Position numbers and translations under genes: made by a program
Notes under the pieces: generated by a model
Databases searched by the model: none
Told to the model about the DNA's origin: nothing
What the model saw: the letters and a program-made list of their open reading frames with translations, nothing else
Shown: one piece after another, positions 37,361-52,182 of the stretch
Numbering within the stretch: the first letter of the stretch is position 1
Layout: every line of letters begins with the position of its first letter
Source: the human T2T-CHM13v2.0 reference genome, Homo sapiens
Length of the DNA: 64,000 nt
NCBI RefSeq assembly: GCF_009914755.1
Contig: NC_060938.1
Reading direction: 5' to 3' (one strand)

Positions 37361-40300
37361 CATTTTTAAAGAAACAAGAAGAACACTATGCATCACTGTG
37401 TCACAACTATTGTTCAGTGGCCCCCAAAGCCCAAGAGGACCCATTTAAGCAAGTAGGGATCACCAGTGAGATTTCAGACTTGCTTCCTTTAGTTCGATCC
37501 AGAAGAGAAAATAAATATTATGACTCATTGTTGGTTTAAAATGAGCTTTCCTACCCTCAAACACAAAACAAACGTGGATTCTATTCATCTTCCCTCCAGC
37601 CTACACTCTGGGCAACACCTTTGCATGCACACATCAGCCACTGTCTGTCACTTCCCCATGGCGGGGGAGCATGCTGCTCAGTAAGGCTTCACAGCAGAAA
37701 GCTTATATCAGATTTGCAGAATCAGGTGAGTGAATCACAGACAAGGCCCCTGGGCCTTCCGCACAAACCAGCTACTTGGTGGAAACGGGCAAGGGTTGAC
37801 AAACTGAAGGATGATAGAGTCAGAAGAGAGGATCCTTCAGCTATGTTGAAGAGACTCCTTCCTAGATGGTCAAATAAGGATCTTCAGACTCCAGATAGGA
37901 AGTGTGGTTTTGTAACACGCTAATCTGACTGTATTTGGTTACTATTGAAGACCACCATGGCTCTACTTTGCTCACAAAAGCTGCTTAACCTGAATAGCAG
38001 GGCACCAAGGTTGGGGTCATTCCATGAATGTGGTCTTTGCTTCTACCCCGCCCTTTGCTCTAGCACCACCCACTGCTCAGCTAGGCACACACAAGGTGGC
38101 CCTCTAGGGGGACTCGTCCCTCCTAGGAATGCCTTTCTACCCTCCCCTCCCTAGTTCTGCAATTAGCTGGGGACTCCCAGGCATTTTTAGGACCCCAGGC
38201 TGAGCAAGCTGTCATTCCTCTGTGCCCCAGAGGCAGGCCCTCTGTGGCTCTCCATCAGCTCCTGTATTACAGTGACTTTTTTACTCCCACCACCACACTG
38301 TGTACCTTTGAGGACAGAGTCTGTGTGGTGGACACTGGCTGACTGCCAAATACCCACTGCGATTCCCCATGCCTCCCGCTATACAGCAGAATGAGACCTG
38401 AGAAACAGACTCCAGTCTGGGGATTGGGACGTGTTAGTCCAAGCTATTGTGGCAACCTCATCCCCTTGGGCAGTGACTGGTCTTGAGCCCAGGGCTAAGC
38501 CAGTCAGTGTGTGGTGGTGCCCTGGAGATGCTGTTGGTCAGGGGCAATACAGGCACAAGAGCTGCTCCAGTCAGAAGGAAGATTGGGCTTTTTCTGTAGA
38601 GTTAGTGAGGAAGAACTCTTTTTTCTCAACTGGCCACGAATGAGGAACTCTCTTCTCTCCACATTGGCCCAATGGCTCCTTGACCATGAGGGAATCCAGC
38701 CCCAGTGTGTGTCCAGCATTGTGGATGCCAGAGGACAGGATGGGAGAACCTGCATCCTTGTTGGCACCATAGAGCCTCTGGGTCCTTCAATTGCCCTCTG
38801 AGTTTCTGACACTGCTAAGAAGTGCATTTCCAGCGTCAGCCAGTCAGGACTGAGTTACCTGTCACTCATAGTTGAAACTCCAGAACTGATATAGTTGGTC
38901 TCAGTCACCTTTGTGTGTCAGTGCTCAGAAGCATGTGAGAAAGAGTAGATGCTCAAATACGAGAGTGTCAGCATTGGGTGCTCAATTCCTGTTGCTGGTT
39001 AGGAAAAGAATCAATGAGGAGGAGGAAAGAAGCTTGCTGAGGGCAGTGAGACCATCAACCACCAGATTGGGATGCATCAAGGGCAGGTAATGACAACCAC
39101 CTATGCAGATTCCACAGTGGAGCCAGCACCCACCCTAGGTCTCTGTGGCTCCAGTGCCTGGCTTATCTCTACCATCTGTCCTGCCTGGTGACCTCAGACC
39201 CAAAGAAGGCATTACTGGATGTATTGTGTATTCCATATTCAAGATATTTTATCAGAAAATGCTTTAAAGGTGCATTTAAATACTGGTCAAACAATATTAT
39301 TTTATATTCTTTCTTTTTACATCAGCATCACATAAAAATATAAATTCTTTTATCTTAACCCAGCAACCAGTCATATCTCTCCAGGGCCTCTGCTGATCAT
39401 TATCAATGTGTCAACATTGTTTTGCTGTCTTTGTAATCCATATATATTCCTGCTTCCTATGTTTTTTTAGTTAACTCTTTCATTGACAGGTAGCAAAGTA
39501 GCAAAGGACCTTGTCTGCGTAATCATCATATTTATCATTTTAAACATCTGTACCCCATTCCATCATACTAATAGCTTGATTTTGCAGTCTCCAGTGGTTG
39601 GGCCTGAGGACTGTATCTGCTTTCACTGGAATAGTCATTGGAGTAATACAGCATACTGGTAAACAGTGACTGCCCTTCAGATGTTAACAGCCAGTGGGTA
39701 GAATGCAAAGTAAGGATCCCGGGTCACCACCACTCATCAGTTTCAATCAGGGTGCATTAGTTTGCAAGGGACTGAAACTCACTCAAGCTGCCATGAGCCA
39801 GGAGTTCAGTAGGGACAGAGCAAAATATCTGGGAACCACAAAACAGCCAGGCCTCAGGGAACTGCTAAGAACCATCTCTACAGTTTTTCTGTGTCACCCT
39901 GTCTCTGTCTCTGTGTCTCTGTCTCTTTGTGTCTCCCTGTCTCCAGATGAATCTCCACAACCACCAGACCTCAAATCCCCACTGACCTGCTGGTCCAGGG
40001 CCCATCACCAACCAACCCAGGGCTGAAATTCTCAGAGGACTGTGCATGTCTGTGGCCAGTGGGGGCTGGGGGAAGGGTGTCATGTGCCATAACCTACACA
40101 CTGACTTCTGTCTCTTTGGCCAGGACTAAAGGTGAGCAGCTTTCAGACAAAGGGGTTCTGGGGGAGGGAAGCCACATGCACCTCCTCCACTCTGGCACTT
40201 CTATTATTAATACATCACAGAAAAACACTTTATAAATTTTAAAATTCCCTTCAGTGCAAATTTCCCTTTAAAGGCAGGCCTCCTGTATTTGAATCTGGGT

Positions 40301-40386
40301 CCACCACCCACCACTCTCTGATTTTGGGCAAGTCATGCCCCACACCTTTTGTGCTCCCTGTTCCTAGGTGTACTCAAGTCAACAAA

Positions 40387-40857
40387 TGAGGGAAGAGAGA
40401 GACCCTTTCATATTGTTTTATACTCAGTACCTGTTTAAAGAAAAGAAACAAGGAAGTGAAATCAAAAACAGGCAGCCTGGTGCCAGGCCCAAAACTGGAC
40501 CTGGGCCTGCCTGGCCTAAACCTAGTAGTTAAAAATCAACTGATGACTTAGAAACCGATGTTATTCATAGATTCCAGACATTGTATAGAAGAACACTGTG
40601 AAACTCCCTGCCCTGTTCTGTTTCTCTCTGACCACCAGTGCGTGCAGCCCCTGTCATGTACCGCCTGCTTGCTCAAATCAGTCACGACCCTTTCATGTGA
40701 AATCGTTAGTGTTGTGAGCCCTTAAAAGGGACAGAAATTGTGCACTTGGGAAGCTTGGATTTTAAGGCAGTAGCTTGCCGATGCTCACAGCTGAATAAAG
40801 CCCTTCCTTCTATAGGTCGGTGTCTGAGAGGTTTTATCTGTGGCTCGTCCTGCTACA
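40387..40857 (+). mobile_element. ERV1 solo LTR, LTR2B-like (HERV-E/Harlequin group)
   Basis: 'tgagggaagagagagaccctttcatattgttttatactcagtacctg'...AATAAA (40794)...'ggctcgtcctgctaca'; 4-bp TSD CAAA at 40383-40386 and 40858-40861. Confidence 0.85.
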
Positions 40858-40879
40858 CAAACACTGACTGCCTGTTGTT

Positions 40880-41025
40880 AGCTGACATTAATTGAGCATT
40901 TACTCTATGCCAAGCGTGGTTGTAAGCACTTTCCATGAGTTAACTCAGGGAATCTTCACAGCCTCCTAAGATGAGAAATCTGAGGCACAAAAAGGATAAG
41001 TAAGTACTTGTGGATTGGACAGCTA
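40880..41025 (-). mobile_element. MIR fragment
   Basis: 'attgagcatttactctatgccaagcgtggttgtaagcactttcc...aatcttcacagcc'. Confidence 0.7.
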
Positions 41026-41034
41026 GTGTTTAGT

Positions 41035-41470
41035 ATGCAAAGAAATGCAAATCAAATTAAGATACCACTTTGCATTCACCAGATTGGCAAAATGAGAAAG
41101 TTGAGTGACACTAAGTGTGGGCTTGGATATGAGCAAAGCGGAGCTCTCCTGCAATGCTGATGCGTGTGAACTTGGAACCGCCTTTCTGAAGGGCATCCAG
41201 GTTGTGTTTATACTGGAAGTATTCGTGTTCAACGACCCAGCACTATCACCTTCACGTTCCAATTCCAGAGAAACTCTCCAGGGCTACCCAAGGAGGCATA
41301 TTCAAAGATGTTCATCACTCTGTTGTTTACAGTAGCAGAGGACTGAAAGTGACATAATCTAGGCTTCCCCGACTAGGGGAATGGAAAAGAAAAGGTACAA
41401 TACACATCTACATAGCTGTCAGCTTGATTTCAAAACCAGAATGAGGAGTGAAAACTGTGAAGAAAATAGA
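41035..41470 (+). mobile_element. Old L1ME-like fragment
   Basis: 'aagaaatgcaaatcaaattaagataccactttgcattcaccagattggcaaaa...caaagatgttcatcac'. Confidence 0.75.
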
Positions 41471-41478
41471 ATTATTAT

Positions 41479-41909
41479 TGTGAAAGGAAAATATCTTGGG
41501 CTCCTTCAAGCTGGGAACTGCTCAGGGCAAATGTGCCTCCCATTCTTTTCAAAATCACCCCCTGCTCACTGAGATAGATGCATATCTGATGGCCTCCTTT
41601 GGAAAGGCTAATGAGAAACTCAGAAGTATTCAACCTTTTGTCCCTCACCTACCTGTGACCTGGAAGCCCCCTCCCTTCTTCTAGTCTTCCTGCCTTCAAG
41701 TTGTCCTGCATTTCCAGACTAAGCCAATGTACTTCTTACATATATTGATTGATGTCTCATGTCACCCTAAAACGTATAAAACTAAGCTGTGCCCCGACCA
41801 TCTTGGACGCAGCTTAGGCCTGAGGCCATGTCATGGGCACTCATCCGCGACCTTGGCAAAATAAACTTTCTAAATTAACTGAGACTGTCTCAAATTTTGG
41901 GGGTTTACA
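41479..41909 (+). mobile_element. MER4A-like ERV1 solo LTR
   Basis: 'tgtgaaaggaaaatatcttggg...tcaagctgggaactgctcagggcaaa'...'ggcaaaataaactttctaaattaactgagac...tttaca'; TSD TTAT at 41475-41478 and 41910-41913. Confidence 0.88.
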
Positions 41910-41926
41910 TTATCCATATTGTAAAC

Positions 41927-42362
41927 TGTTAGGGAAAAACCCACCCAAAAAAGCTTCTTGGCACTGCCAACACCCCTCCCCTTCCCCCAAGCCTTTTTAC
42001 ATTTCTAAGCCCTTATCTAGGCGCCATGGTGAAGCCTGCAGACTTTACCTATCAGGCCTTACTGCGATAAAGCAAACCCCAATTACAAACCATCTGGACC
42101 AAACGGAGAGGGGGAGGTCGTAGGAAGCATAAACAAACTTTACCCTCCTGTAAGTTCCTGCTATCATAAACATCACCAGGTGATATGTGGCAGAGTTAAC
42201 AAACAAACGACCCCAGGGTCTCTCTCCCCCATATAAAACTCCTCATTTTGTAAGCTCAAGGCTGCCTCCTCTGTAATGGAGCAGCTGGCAGGTTCAATAA
42301 ACTTAGTTGCCTGAACTTGGGTCTCTCTCTCTCTCTCTTCCTTTCTCTTGGCTGACCTTACA
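41927..42362 (+). mobile_element. Solo LTR, tentatively LTR3B-like (ERVK class)
   Basis: TG...CA ends, TATA 'atataaaa' (~42231), AATAAA (42296), end 'ggctgaccttaca'; TSD TAAAC at 41922-41926 and 42363-42367. Family assignment less sure than LTR status. Confidence 0.75.
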
Positions 42363-42601
42363 TAAACAATATGCGTATATATCCAAAATAATTACATATA
42401 TATTAAATATATATGTGTGTATATATGTTCCTCAAATTGTGTAATTTTCTTGAGACATGTGAGTAAATCAATGTTTGGCAGGACACACAGTACGTGAGAA
42501 TGGAGGTGAATGGAAGGAGAGGACAATTGATTGGGAATAAGGATAGAGAGAATGAAATTGAAATAAAATGAAATAAAACCCTAAGAACTCAGCTTCTCAG
42601 G

Positions 42602-43000
42602 TAATTTAGTTTGGATGTCTGTCCCCTCCAAATCTCATGTTGAAATGTGATCCCCAGTGTTGGAAGTGGGGCCTGGTGGCAGGTGTTTGGGTCATGGGGC
42701 AGGATCCCTTCTGAATGGCTTGGTGCTGACCTTGCCATTGTGAGTGAATTCTTGTGAGAGATCAGGTTGTTTAAAAGCATATGGCACCTCCCCCATCTCT
42801 CTCTTGCTCTTGCTCTGGCCACGTGACATACTGGCTTCACTTCAACTTCCACCATGATTGTGAGCTTCCTGAGGCCTCCCCATGCCAGCACCATTCTTCC
42901 CATACAGCCTGAAGAACCATCAGCCAATTAAACCTCTTTTCTTTATAAATTACCCAGCCTCAGGTATTTCTTTACAGCAATGTAAAAATGGCCTAATACA
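42602..43000 (+). mobile_element. MST (MSTA/MSTB-like) MaLR solo LTR
   Basis: 'agtttggatgtctgtcccctccaaatctcatgttgaaatgtgatcccc'...'ataaattacccagcctcaggtatttctttacagcaatg...ctaataca'. Confidence 0.88.
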
Positions 43001-43314
43001 CCAGGGCTTCTGAGAATTAACCTGTCAGGTGCAGAGAACTACTGCAGACACCAGATCGGTCTTTCTGAACTGCGAGATAAGGACTAGATACAACATCAGT
43101 ATCTCCAGGCCCCTGCCTTCCACATCCCATGGTGAGTGCCCTCTGCAAGAGGCATCTCTAAATCTGCCTCCTGTGCTTGGGTGTTGCATCAGGTATTCTT
43201 GGTACTTTTATCTACGTTTGGTAATTGGACAATTCAACAAACACTTAAAATTCTATGCAACTATTGCGACTCTTGTTCAATAACCAAACATGGGTAAAAG
43301 TACCGAGAATACCT

Positions 43315-43766
43315 CTACTATAAAGACACATGCACACGTATGTTTATTGCAGCACTGTTCACAATAGCAAAGACTTGGAACCAACCTAAATGTCCGTCAA
43401 TGATAGACTGGATAAAGAAAATGTGGCACATATACACCATGGAATACTATGCAGCCATAAAAAAAGGATGAATTCATGTCCTTTGCAGGGACATGGATGA
43501 AGCTGGAAACCATCATTCTCAGCAAACTAACACAGGAACAGAAAACCAAACACCAAATGTTCTCACTCATAAGTAGGAGTTGAACAATGAGAACACATGG
43601 ACACAGGGAGGGGAACATCACACACTGGGGCCTGTTGGGGCATGGGGGGCTAGGGGAGGTATAACATTAGGAGAAATACCTAATGTAGATGATGGGTTGA
43701 TGGGTGCAGCAAACCACCATAGCACGTGTATACCTATGTAACAAACCTGTATCCCAGAACTTAAAG

Positions 43767-43799
<33 letters not shown>

Positions 43800-43813
43800 T
43801 GAAATAAATAAAT
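43315..43813 (+). mobile_element. 5'-truncated L1PA 3' end with (TAA)n tail
   Basis: 'ctactataaagacacatgcacacgtatgtttattgcagcactgttcacaatagcaaagacttggaacc'...'cccagaacttaaagtataataat'. Confidence 0.93.
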
Positions 43814-44137
43814 AACACTCTGCTTGCTACTTTACAAAAAGATGAAAACTCATTTTTTCATATTTTATGTCTCCCCCAGCAGGTCTGGTGGAGAATGGAG
43901 AGCTCAGGGGAAAATGGGACTGATTGAAAGAGACTCTCTGGAGGGTTTTGTGCTGCACGTACCCAGGGGGCCCGACCACCATGAGAAACACTCTGTTCAT
44001 AATGCAGCCTGTTCCCTCCCCTTCAAGGCAAAGCACAGCCCTGGCCCTGGCTCCACAGTGTCCTGACAGCACAGACAGCACCTGGTCCATCCCCCACAGC
44101 ACAGCTGATGGAAGCTGAGGCCTGGAGAGGAAATGTG

Positions 44138-44873
<736 letters not shown>

Positions 44874-45696
44874 AAGTTTCTACTCAGCAAACAGTTGTGA
44901 CCACCTCCTGTCCTTTGTGCCAGAAGCTGGTAATTCCAGCTAACCAAAGCAAGGGCCTGACCACAAAGAGTGCTCAAATTAGGAGTGTGAGTCAGATGCA
45001 AGAGTGGCAGACAGAGCAAGAGCCCTGGGGCTTGGCCCAACCCAGAGAGCCCAAGACGGCTTCTAAGAGGAGGTGATGCCTGGGCAGGAAGAGAATTCCA
45101 GGCAGAGATAATAAGAGCCAAAATAAGGTATCTGAGGGAGCTGCAGGCTGCTTGGTGTTGCTAAAAATTAAAGTCCATTGCATCAGGAATCAAGGGGAGA
45201 AGTGATGGGAGATGGGGCATAGCCAAGTCCCTTCCTCAGCACAGCTCACTATGACTGAGGACTGGACATGGGTGGCCCTCATGGGCAGATCCATCCAGAG
45301 CGCTACAGGGAAGAGATCCTTGCTCCTGGCTTCCTTTCTGTGATGCAGACATTAGAGGGGGGTGGCTGTCATGTCACCAGACCAGCATCCAGCCCACAGG
45401 CTGTCTGCCCCATGCCCATGTCCCCCCTGCTGTCTAAGCTTTGTGAGGCTAGCAAACCCAGGGTCTCATTGTTCACTCCTTACTTAATGTAGCTTCTCAT
45501 CCAGGGTTTGTGGAATGGATGAACACTTTCTGAGGATTAAATAGTACGCTGCGTTAAACACTTCTGAATGCCAGTGTGTTAGCTGTGAATTGCTTGTTCA
45601 TTATTACAAGCTCCTCATGGGAACTTTGAAACTAGCCCGACATGACAAAGCCATCCGGAACAAGCAGCCTTTAGCATGGGCTCCTACACTTTGGGA

Positions 45697-45880
45697 CAGT
45701 GTTTCCCAAAACCTGGTCTGTAGACCCTCTGCATCAGAACCTCCTGACACCGGCCAGGAGGCACAAATTCAAGCACTGGCCCTGGCCTTCTGACTCAGAC
45801 TCTCTGTGGGTGGGACCTGGGTGCTGGCATATCGAACAGCCCCCAGGATACCCTGTGCGTGCTGAAGTTTCAGGACCTGG
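45697..45880. mobile_element. MER5-like hAT-Charlie DNA transposon remnant
   Basis: 'cagtgtttcccaaaacctggtctgtagaccctctgcatcagaacc...actcagactctctgtgggtgggacctggg'. Confidence 0.65.
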
Positions 45881-46914
45881 CAGGAGAATCCTCAGAAAAA
45901 GGGAAGACAGCTTCTGGCTACTGCTTCTATTCGGCACTGCTGCCTTGACAGGGCAGGCAAGCCACACACCAGGAAATGGGCTATTTGACCCCACGGTTGG
46001 CCTCCACCAGGGTGACAGCTATTGAAGAAAAGTTGAGTGGAGGACTAGCAGAGAGGGTGACTGTCCATCCTGGTCTGCTCGAGACTGAGGGGGTTCCTGG
46101 GATGCAGGAGTTTCAGTGCCAAAGCCAGGAAGGTCCTGGGTAAGCCTAGGGGGGCTCTTCACCTGCCTTACTGCAGCCCAGCCTCAAGGAGCATCTCTGG
46201 GGCTCACTGTTACTCACCTGCAGACAGGAAAGAGACCCTGGAGCCCTCCCATTTCCACTAGATCCTTGGTATCCCCTGCGGCTCTGGGAGCTGATGAGTT
46301 TGATATGGCAGCTCTACAGTGAGAGGACGAAGCTTAAGAAGCAACTTTCACAGAGAAGTAAAAGGAACTGTGATAATTTTGACCCTGTAAACTTGTGAAG
46401 GGACAGTCTGAAGTGTTTCCCTTACAAACACTTTTCTCTTTCAAGATGTGGCCCCCAGAACTTAAAGAGGCTTTATGCTAGGAGAGAAAGCTTTCAAGCA
46501 CAAGCTCTTATCACAAAGCATTTGCCTTCCCCTCAGGGCAAAGGGCATGTGAGCATGCACACACACATACAGACACCCACACACAGGCACATACACACAG
46601 CCATTAGAGTTGATTAATCGACGTCCACACTAAAGCTGCCCATTCTAGCTGCTTCTATTGTAACGGTTTCTTCAAACAATAGCTTTCCACTCCTAATACT
46701 AATAATTACAGCTGTTATTTATGGAGTACTCATTGTGCTGGGCACTGACGCGTTTCCCATGCACTATGGCATTGCCTGGCATTTCATTCTGGAGCCATCC
46801 CCATTTTGCGGATGAGTACCCCAAGGTACAGTAAGGCTAAATAACTCTCTCCAGTTTATACAGAGGGCAGATGGTGAAGCCCGAATTCAAAGCCTGTGTT
46901 CTTAATGACCCCAC

Positions 46915-47098
46915 CAGTGGTTCTCTTGAGGGGGTCTCAGAATTGCCTGGGGGTCTTGTGGAAACATGGATTGCTGGCCCCACCCCCCTAGAGCTCCTGA
47001 CTCAGTAGTCTGGGTAGGGTCAGGGAATTTGCATTTCTAACAAGTTCCCAGATGATGCTGATGCTGCCGGTCCTGGGACCACACTTTGAGAACCAGTG
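46915..47098. mobile_element. MER5A hAT-Charlie MITE
   Basis: TIR-like 'cagtggttctc'...'gagaaccagtg'; body 'gaatttgcatttctaacaagttcccagatgatgctgatgctgccggtcctgggaccacactttgagaacc'. Confidence 0.9.
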
Positions 47099-47164
47099 CA
47101 CGATACCATATTGCCTTCATTAAGCCAGAAGGGCTGCTATGTAAGAGCAACAACAATAATCATA

Positions 47165-47390
47165 ATTAAAAATGAATGTTCTGCAGTGCTTATTAGGTTC
47201 CAGCCAGTATTAGAAGTGCTTTAAATACATTAGCTCGTTTCATCCTCACACCCACACTCCATGATGGAGAGATGGTTATTACCGTCATTTCACATGTGAA
47301 GACATTGACAGCGGAGAAGCTGAGTAACTTGCCAAAGGCCACACAGCCAATAAGTAGCGAAGATGAAATGCCATCTACCTGGTTCCATAT
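47165..47390 (-). mobile_element. MIR SINE (another at about 46710-46900)
   Basis: 'ttattaccgtcatttcacatgtgaagacattgac...gagtaacttgccaaaggccacacagccaataagt'. Confidence 0.8.
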
Positions 47391-48319
47391 TAAATTGATC
47401 AATAATTACCTGTGGTGGATTCAGACCTCATCCTGACTTGACTTGACCTGCCCCACCCTTTTCCAACCAGTTCCCTTATAGTGTCTTCTATTCATGTGAT
47501 TTTATGTACTCAACATAAAGCAGCCATGTTTTTTTTCCCTGGGCGAGCCCAGCCTCTGAAAACTGGAGTGTGCATGGCGTGGACCCATGGGTTCCCTGTT
47601 TAAACAGACAGATCCCTAGAACAATGCAGGATAGGGCATGAACTCATGACTATGGAATAATTTATCAGAAAAAAATCTCCCTAGAATAGTGATTCTTAAC
47701 CTTTCGTGGGGTACAGTCTCTTCTGAGACCCTGACGAAAATAGTAACCCTCTTCCCAGGAAGACACACATGTCCATATACACCCGAGATGTTGCATCCAA
47801 TGCTAAGGCAGTTATGAATCTTCTAAAACCATTCACAGTCTGTATGCCCCCAGGTAGGGCTCTGCCTCAGAAAGCAAAGAACAAAAAGCCAGGGCAAGTG
47901 GTTTCCCCAAGTTCAGCCCCTCCTTCCATGAATGCAGCTTTCATCACGTGGATCGTATGGTCTTAAAGTACCCCTCTGCCTGCAAAGCAGTGTCTGACCC
48001 TTAGCCTGCCAAGCAAGGTGCTCCTACCTGGGAAACAGTACCCCACTCCTGCAGCTTCACCTCAGGAGGCTCTCAGGCTACCCTCAGGCCCCAAAGACAG
48101 TTGAATTTCCACTGGTCTTTGAAGTGTTCTGTTAAAAATGCAAATACTATAGGAAGGGATCACTGACCACAGCTGGCCCTAATACAAATGCAAAGTGTTA
48201 TGAAATGTTATGAGCTTTAAGATCTTGAAGCTGATTATAAGGAGAAAACAGGCACCTGCTTAATTGTAGTTGTCTTGGGCCTCTGTGAATGATGCTGCAA
48301 CAGACATCTTTGTCCATAC

Positions 48320-49088
48320 GGAAACCGCCTTAGCAAAGATTATGACAGCAAGGGAGTCTAGCACAGCTGACTCTATCTTGCTTCTAGCCTCACAGGCTGG
48401 CTGTCCTCGCTCATTCCTGGGCATAAGCCAAGCTAACTGTAGGAGGAATTTAGTTTATGGTTTAGCTTTGAAACAAGCATGATCATAGTCCCTCTCTAAA
48501 ACTGATCCCCTGCTTGTTTGGGGCCTGAAACTGCTTTTGTAAGACTAAAGAAAGGCCACAAGATTATGATTATGGGAGGGGCCTGAATTCTGCTAAAATG
48601 TAGGCATACTTTCTGTAATCCCTTACTGCTCTGGAGTCATGTAGCCAGAGGTCACAAGATTTGTGGCTGCCCCAATTGCTCCTATAAATAACATCACTAT
48701 TGTAGAATCTAAGATTGGCCTTTGGAGATGTTTTTCAGACTTCTGAATTCTGGCATCCGACTGACCCCACCTGGACTCGTGACTCATGACTCAGTTGGTC
48801 CTGTGGCTCCACCAATAGGCAGGCTCAGCACATGAGGACCGTCTTCCACACCCCTATGATTGTGTCCCCAACCAATCAGTAGCACCCATTCCCTAGTCCC
48901 TTGCCCACCAAACTGTCCTGGAAAAACCCTAACCTCCAAACCTAGGGGGAGAATGATTTGAGTAATAACTCCATCTTCTGCATGGCTGGTGTAGCATCAG
49001 TTAAACTCTTTTTTTACTGCGATACCATGATCCAAGTGAACTGTTTTTGTCTGTGCAGCAGGCAGGAAGAACATGTTGGACAATTACA
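48320..49088 (+). mobile_element. LTR8-family ERV1 solo LTR inserted in an old L1
   Basis: 'gaaaccgccttagcaaagattatgacag...ctgactctatcttgcttctagcctcacaggctggctgtcc'...'tctgtgcagcaggcaggaagaacatgttggacaattaca'. Confidence 0.88.
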
Positions 49089-49487
49089 ATATGAGAGTAC
49101 ATGCCAGCAGTTTCATTTCTATGGAATATATCCCAGGAATGGGATTGCTAGGTCAAGGTTGATTTGAATTTTTAATGTTAACAGTTGTTAGCAGATTACT
49201 TTCCTGAAAGATTCTAACCATTCACACTTCCATTCACAGTGCAGGAGAGAGCTTTTTGGCCTACATGGCCTCTGGCAATATTTATCACTCTCTTAGATTT
49301 TTGTCAGGCTCTAGGGTAGAAAGTGATACACCATTGCGACTATAATGCTTATGTAGTATTTAAGCTCTTTTCTTAACTGCTAGAGAATTTTAATATAATT
49401 CTTGGCCATTTGAATTTGCTGTTGTATACATTGCTTCTTCATAATAGCCTGCCCTTTTTTTCTCTTGTGTTGCTTGTTTTCATCAAA

Positions 49488-50167
<680 letters not shown>

Positions 50168-51386
50168 TAATCCTTTTAACACAAGTCTGTAATCCACCTA
50201 AATTTTTTTGGATGATATAAAATAGTGATTCAATTTTATTTCCTTCCAAAAGGAGAACCAGTTGTTCCAGCACCATGTGTTCAAGTATCCATTTTCCCAA
50301 CCAAATTTAGCCACCATTTTTATTACATGAAAATCCTTGTTAAGCAGGACCAATTTCTGCACGCTCTATTCTATTCCACTGATCTGTTTAGTCCGATACC
50401 AGTGCCAGATTGGTTGGGTTACTCTGACTTTTTCCAAAATTCCAGTGTCAAGTAAGATGAGTCATTCATTCTTCATTTATACCTTTGATACATCAAGGAC
50501 ATGGCCTACTTTCAGGCCCACACATGTTTGATGTGTGTGGGGACAATTATGAGGCATTTATTTTTCCATATAGATTTATATATTAATTTATTCAATAACT
50601 CACTTCAGAAAAATATTGCATTTGAAATTCCAATCAAAATTTTATTTCATTTACATATTTATTTTGAGGTGAACTGACATTTTTATAAGACATATTATTT
50701 TACAACTCACTATGTCCTTTCCTTTGATCAGCTCTATATTAGTTCTATATCCTTCCTTGAGATCTTCTAATATTCTCCATATAGGTCCTGTCTTTTAAAA
50801 TTATATTCATTTATAAATACTTTAGAGTGTTTATCACTACTGCAAATAAAATATTTCTCCTCCTTTTCATTTCTAGATGCTTATTTACTGGAAGAGAGAA
50901 AGGCTATTGATTTTTGTGTTTTATCTTATAACCATTCCACCTTACTAAATTCTTTTTGCCATTCCCTTTATTTTAAGCACTTATTACTGTCTTAAGCATA
51001 GTTTTTTCAAACACAGCATATGGTTACATTTCATCTTTTAACCCAATATGAAAGTCCCTGTCTTTAGGTGGGAAAAATCCAGCCATTCAACATACAGAGT
51101 AACTGCTGGTAGACCTTGTTCTATTTTTTACAATTTGTTTTATGTTTAGTATTTGGTTCTCCTTTTTTGACTTTTATTGTCTTAGTTTAGGTCGAATGAC
51201 CAAGATGTTCGTATTCATTTTATTTCTTCCCATTGTGAATTTGGAGCTCTTCTGTCCACTCCCATTCCATTAGCATTGACTTTTCCTTTGCTGGCTCTCT
51301 TCTTTGACTCTACATTTTGCTACAAATATCTGGAAGTAAGATGTTAACTATTCTCTCTCTCTCTAAAGATATATATTTACTATATC

Positions 51387-51387
51387 T

Positions 51388-51430
<43 letters not shown>
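51387..51430. repeat. (TAGA)n tetranucleotide microsatellite
   Basis: About 10-11 GATA units directly visible. Confidence 0.95.
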
Positions 51431-51442
51431 CCTTCTTTTAAA

Positions 51443-52011
51443 TTTTTTTTTAAGAGATCAGGTCTTACTCTGTCACCCAGGCTAGAATGCAGTTGCACAA
51501 TCATAGCTCACTGCAGCTTTGAATTCCTGGGCTCTGTCAGGCCTCTGAGCCCAAGCCTGCACGTATACATCCAGATGGCCTGAAGCAAGTGAAGAATCAC
51601 AAAAGAAGTGAAAATGGCCGGTTCCTGCCTTAACTGATGACTTTCCACCATTGTGATTTATTCCTGCCCCACCTTAACTGAGCGATTAACCTTGTGAAAT
51701 TCCTTCTCCTGGCTCAGAAGCTCCCCGACTGAGCACCTTGTGACCCCTGCCCCTGCGCGTAAGAGAAAAACCCCCTTTGACTGTAAATTTTCCACTACCT
51801 ACCCAAATCCTATAAAACGGCCCCACCCCTATCTCCCTTGGCTGACTCTCTTTCTGGACTCAGCCCGCCTGCACCCAGGTGAAATAAACAGACTTGTTGC
51901 TCACACAAAGCATGTTTGGTGGTCTCTTCACACGTACGCGTGTGATAGGCTCAAGTAATCCTCCGTCCTCAACCACCATGCCCAGCTATTTTCTCTCTTC
52001 ATCTCTCTGTC

Positions 52012-52067
<56 letters not shown>

Positions 52068-52182
52068 GTAAAGACAAGGTCTCACGATGTTGCCCAAGCT
52101 GGTCTTAAACTCCCAGCCTCAAGCAATCCTCCTGCCTCAGCCTCCAGAATAGCTGGGATTATAGGGGTAAGCCACCAAGCCC
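51443..52182 (-). mobile_element. AluJ split by a solo LTR7, with (TCTG)n(TC)n microsatellite in its linker
   Basis: Alu text '...ttcctgggctc' resumes as 'ggctcaagtaatcctcc' after the LTR; left arm at 52068-52182. Confidence 0.88.
51535..51947 (+). mobile_element. Solo LTR7-family (HERV-H) LTR
   Basis: 'tgtcaggcctctgagcccaagcc'...TATAAAA plus 'cggccccacccc'...AATAAA...'cacgtacgcgtgtgata'; 5-bp TSD GGCTC at 51530-51534 and 51948-51952. Confidence 0.95.
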
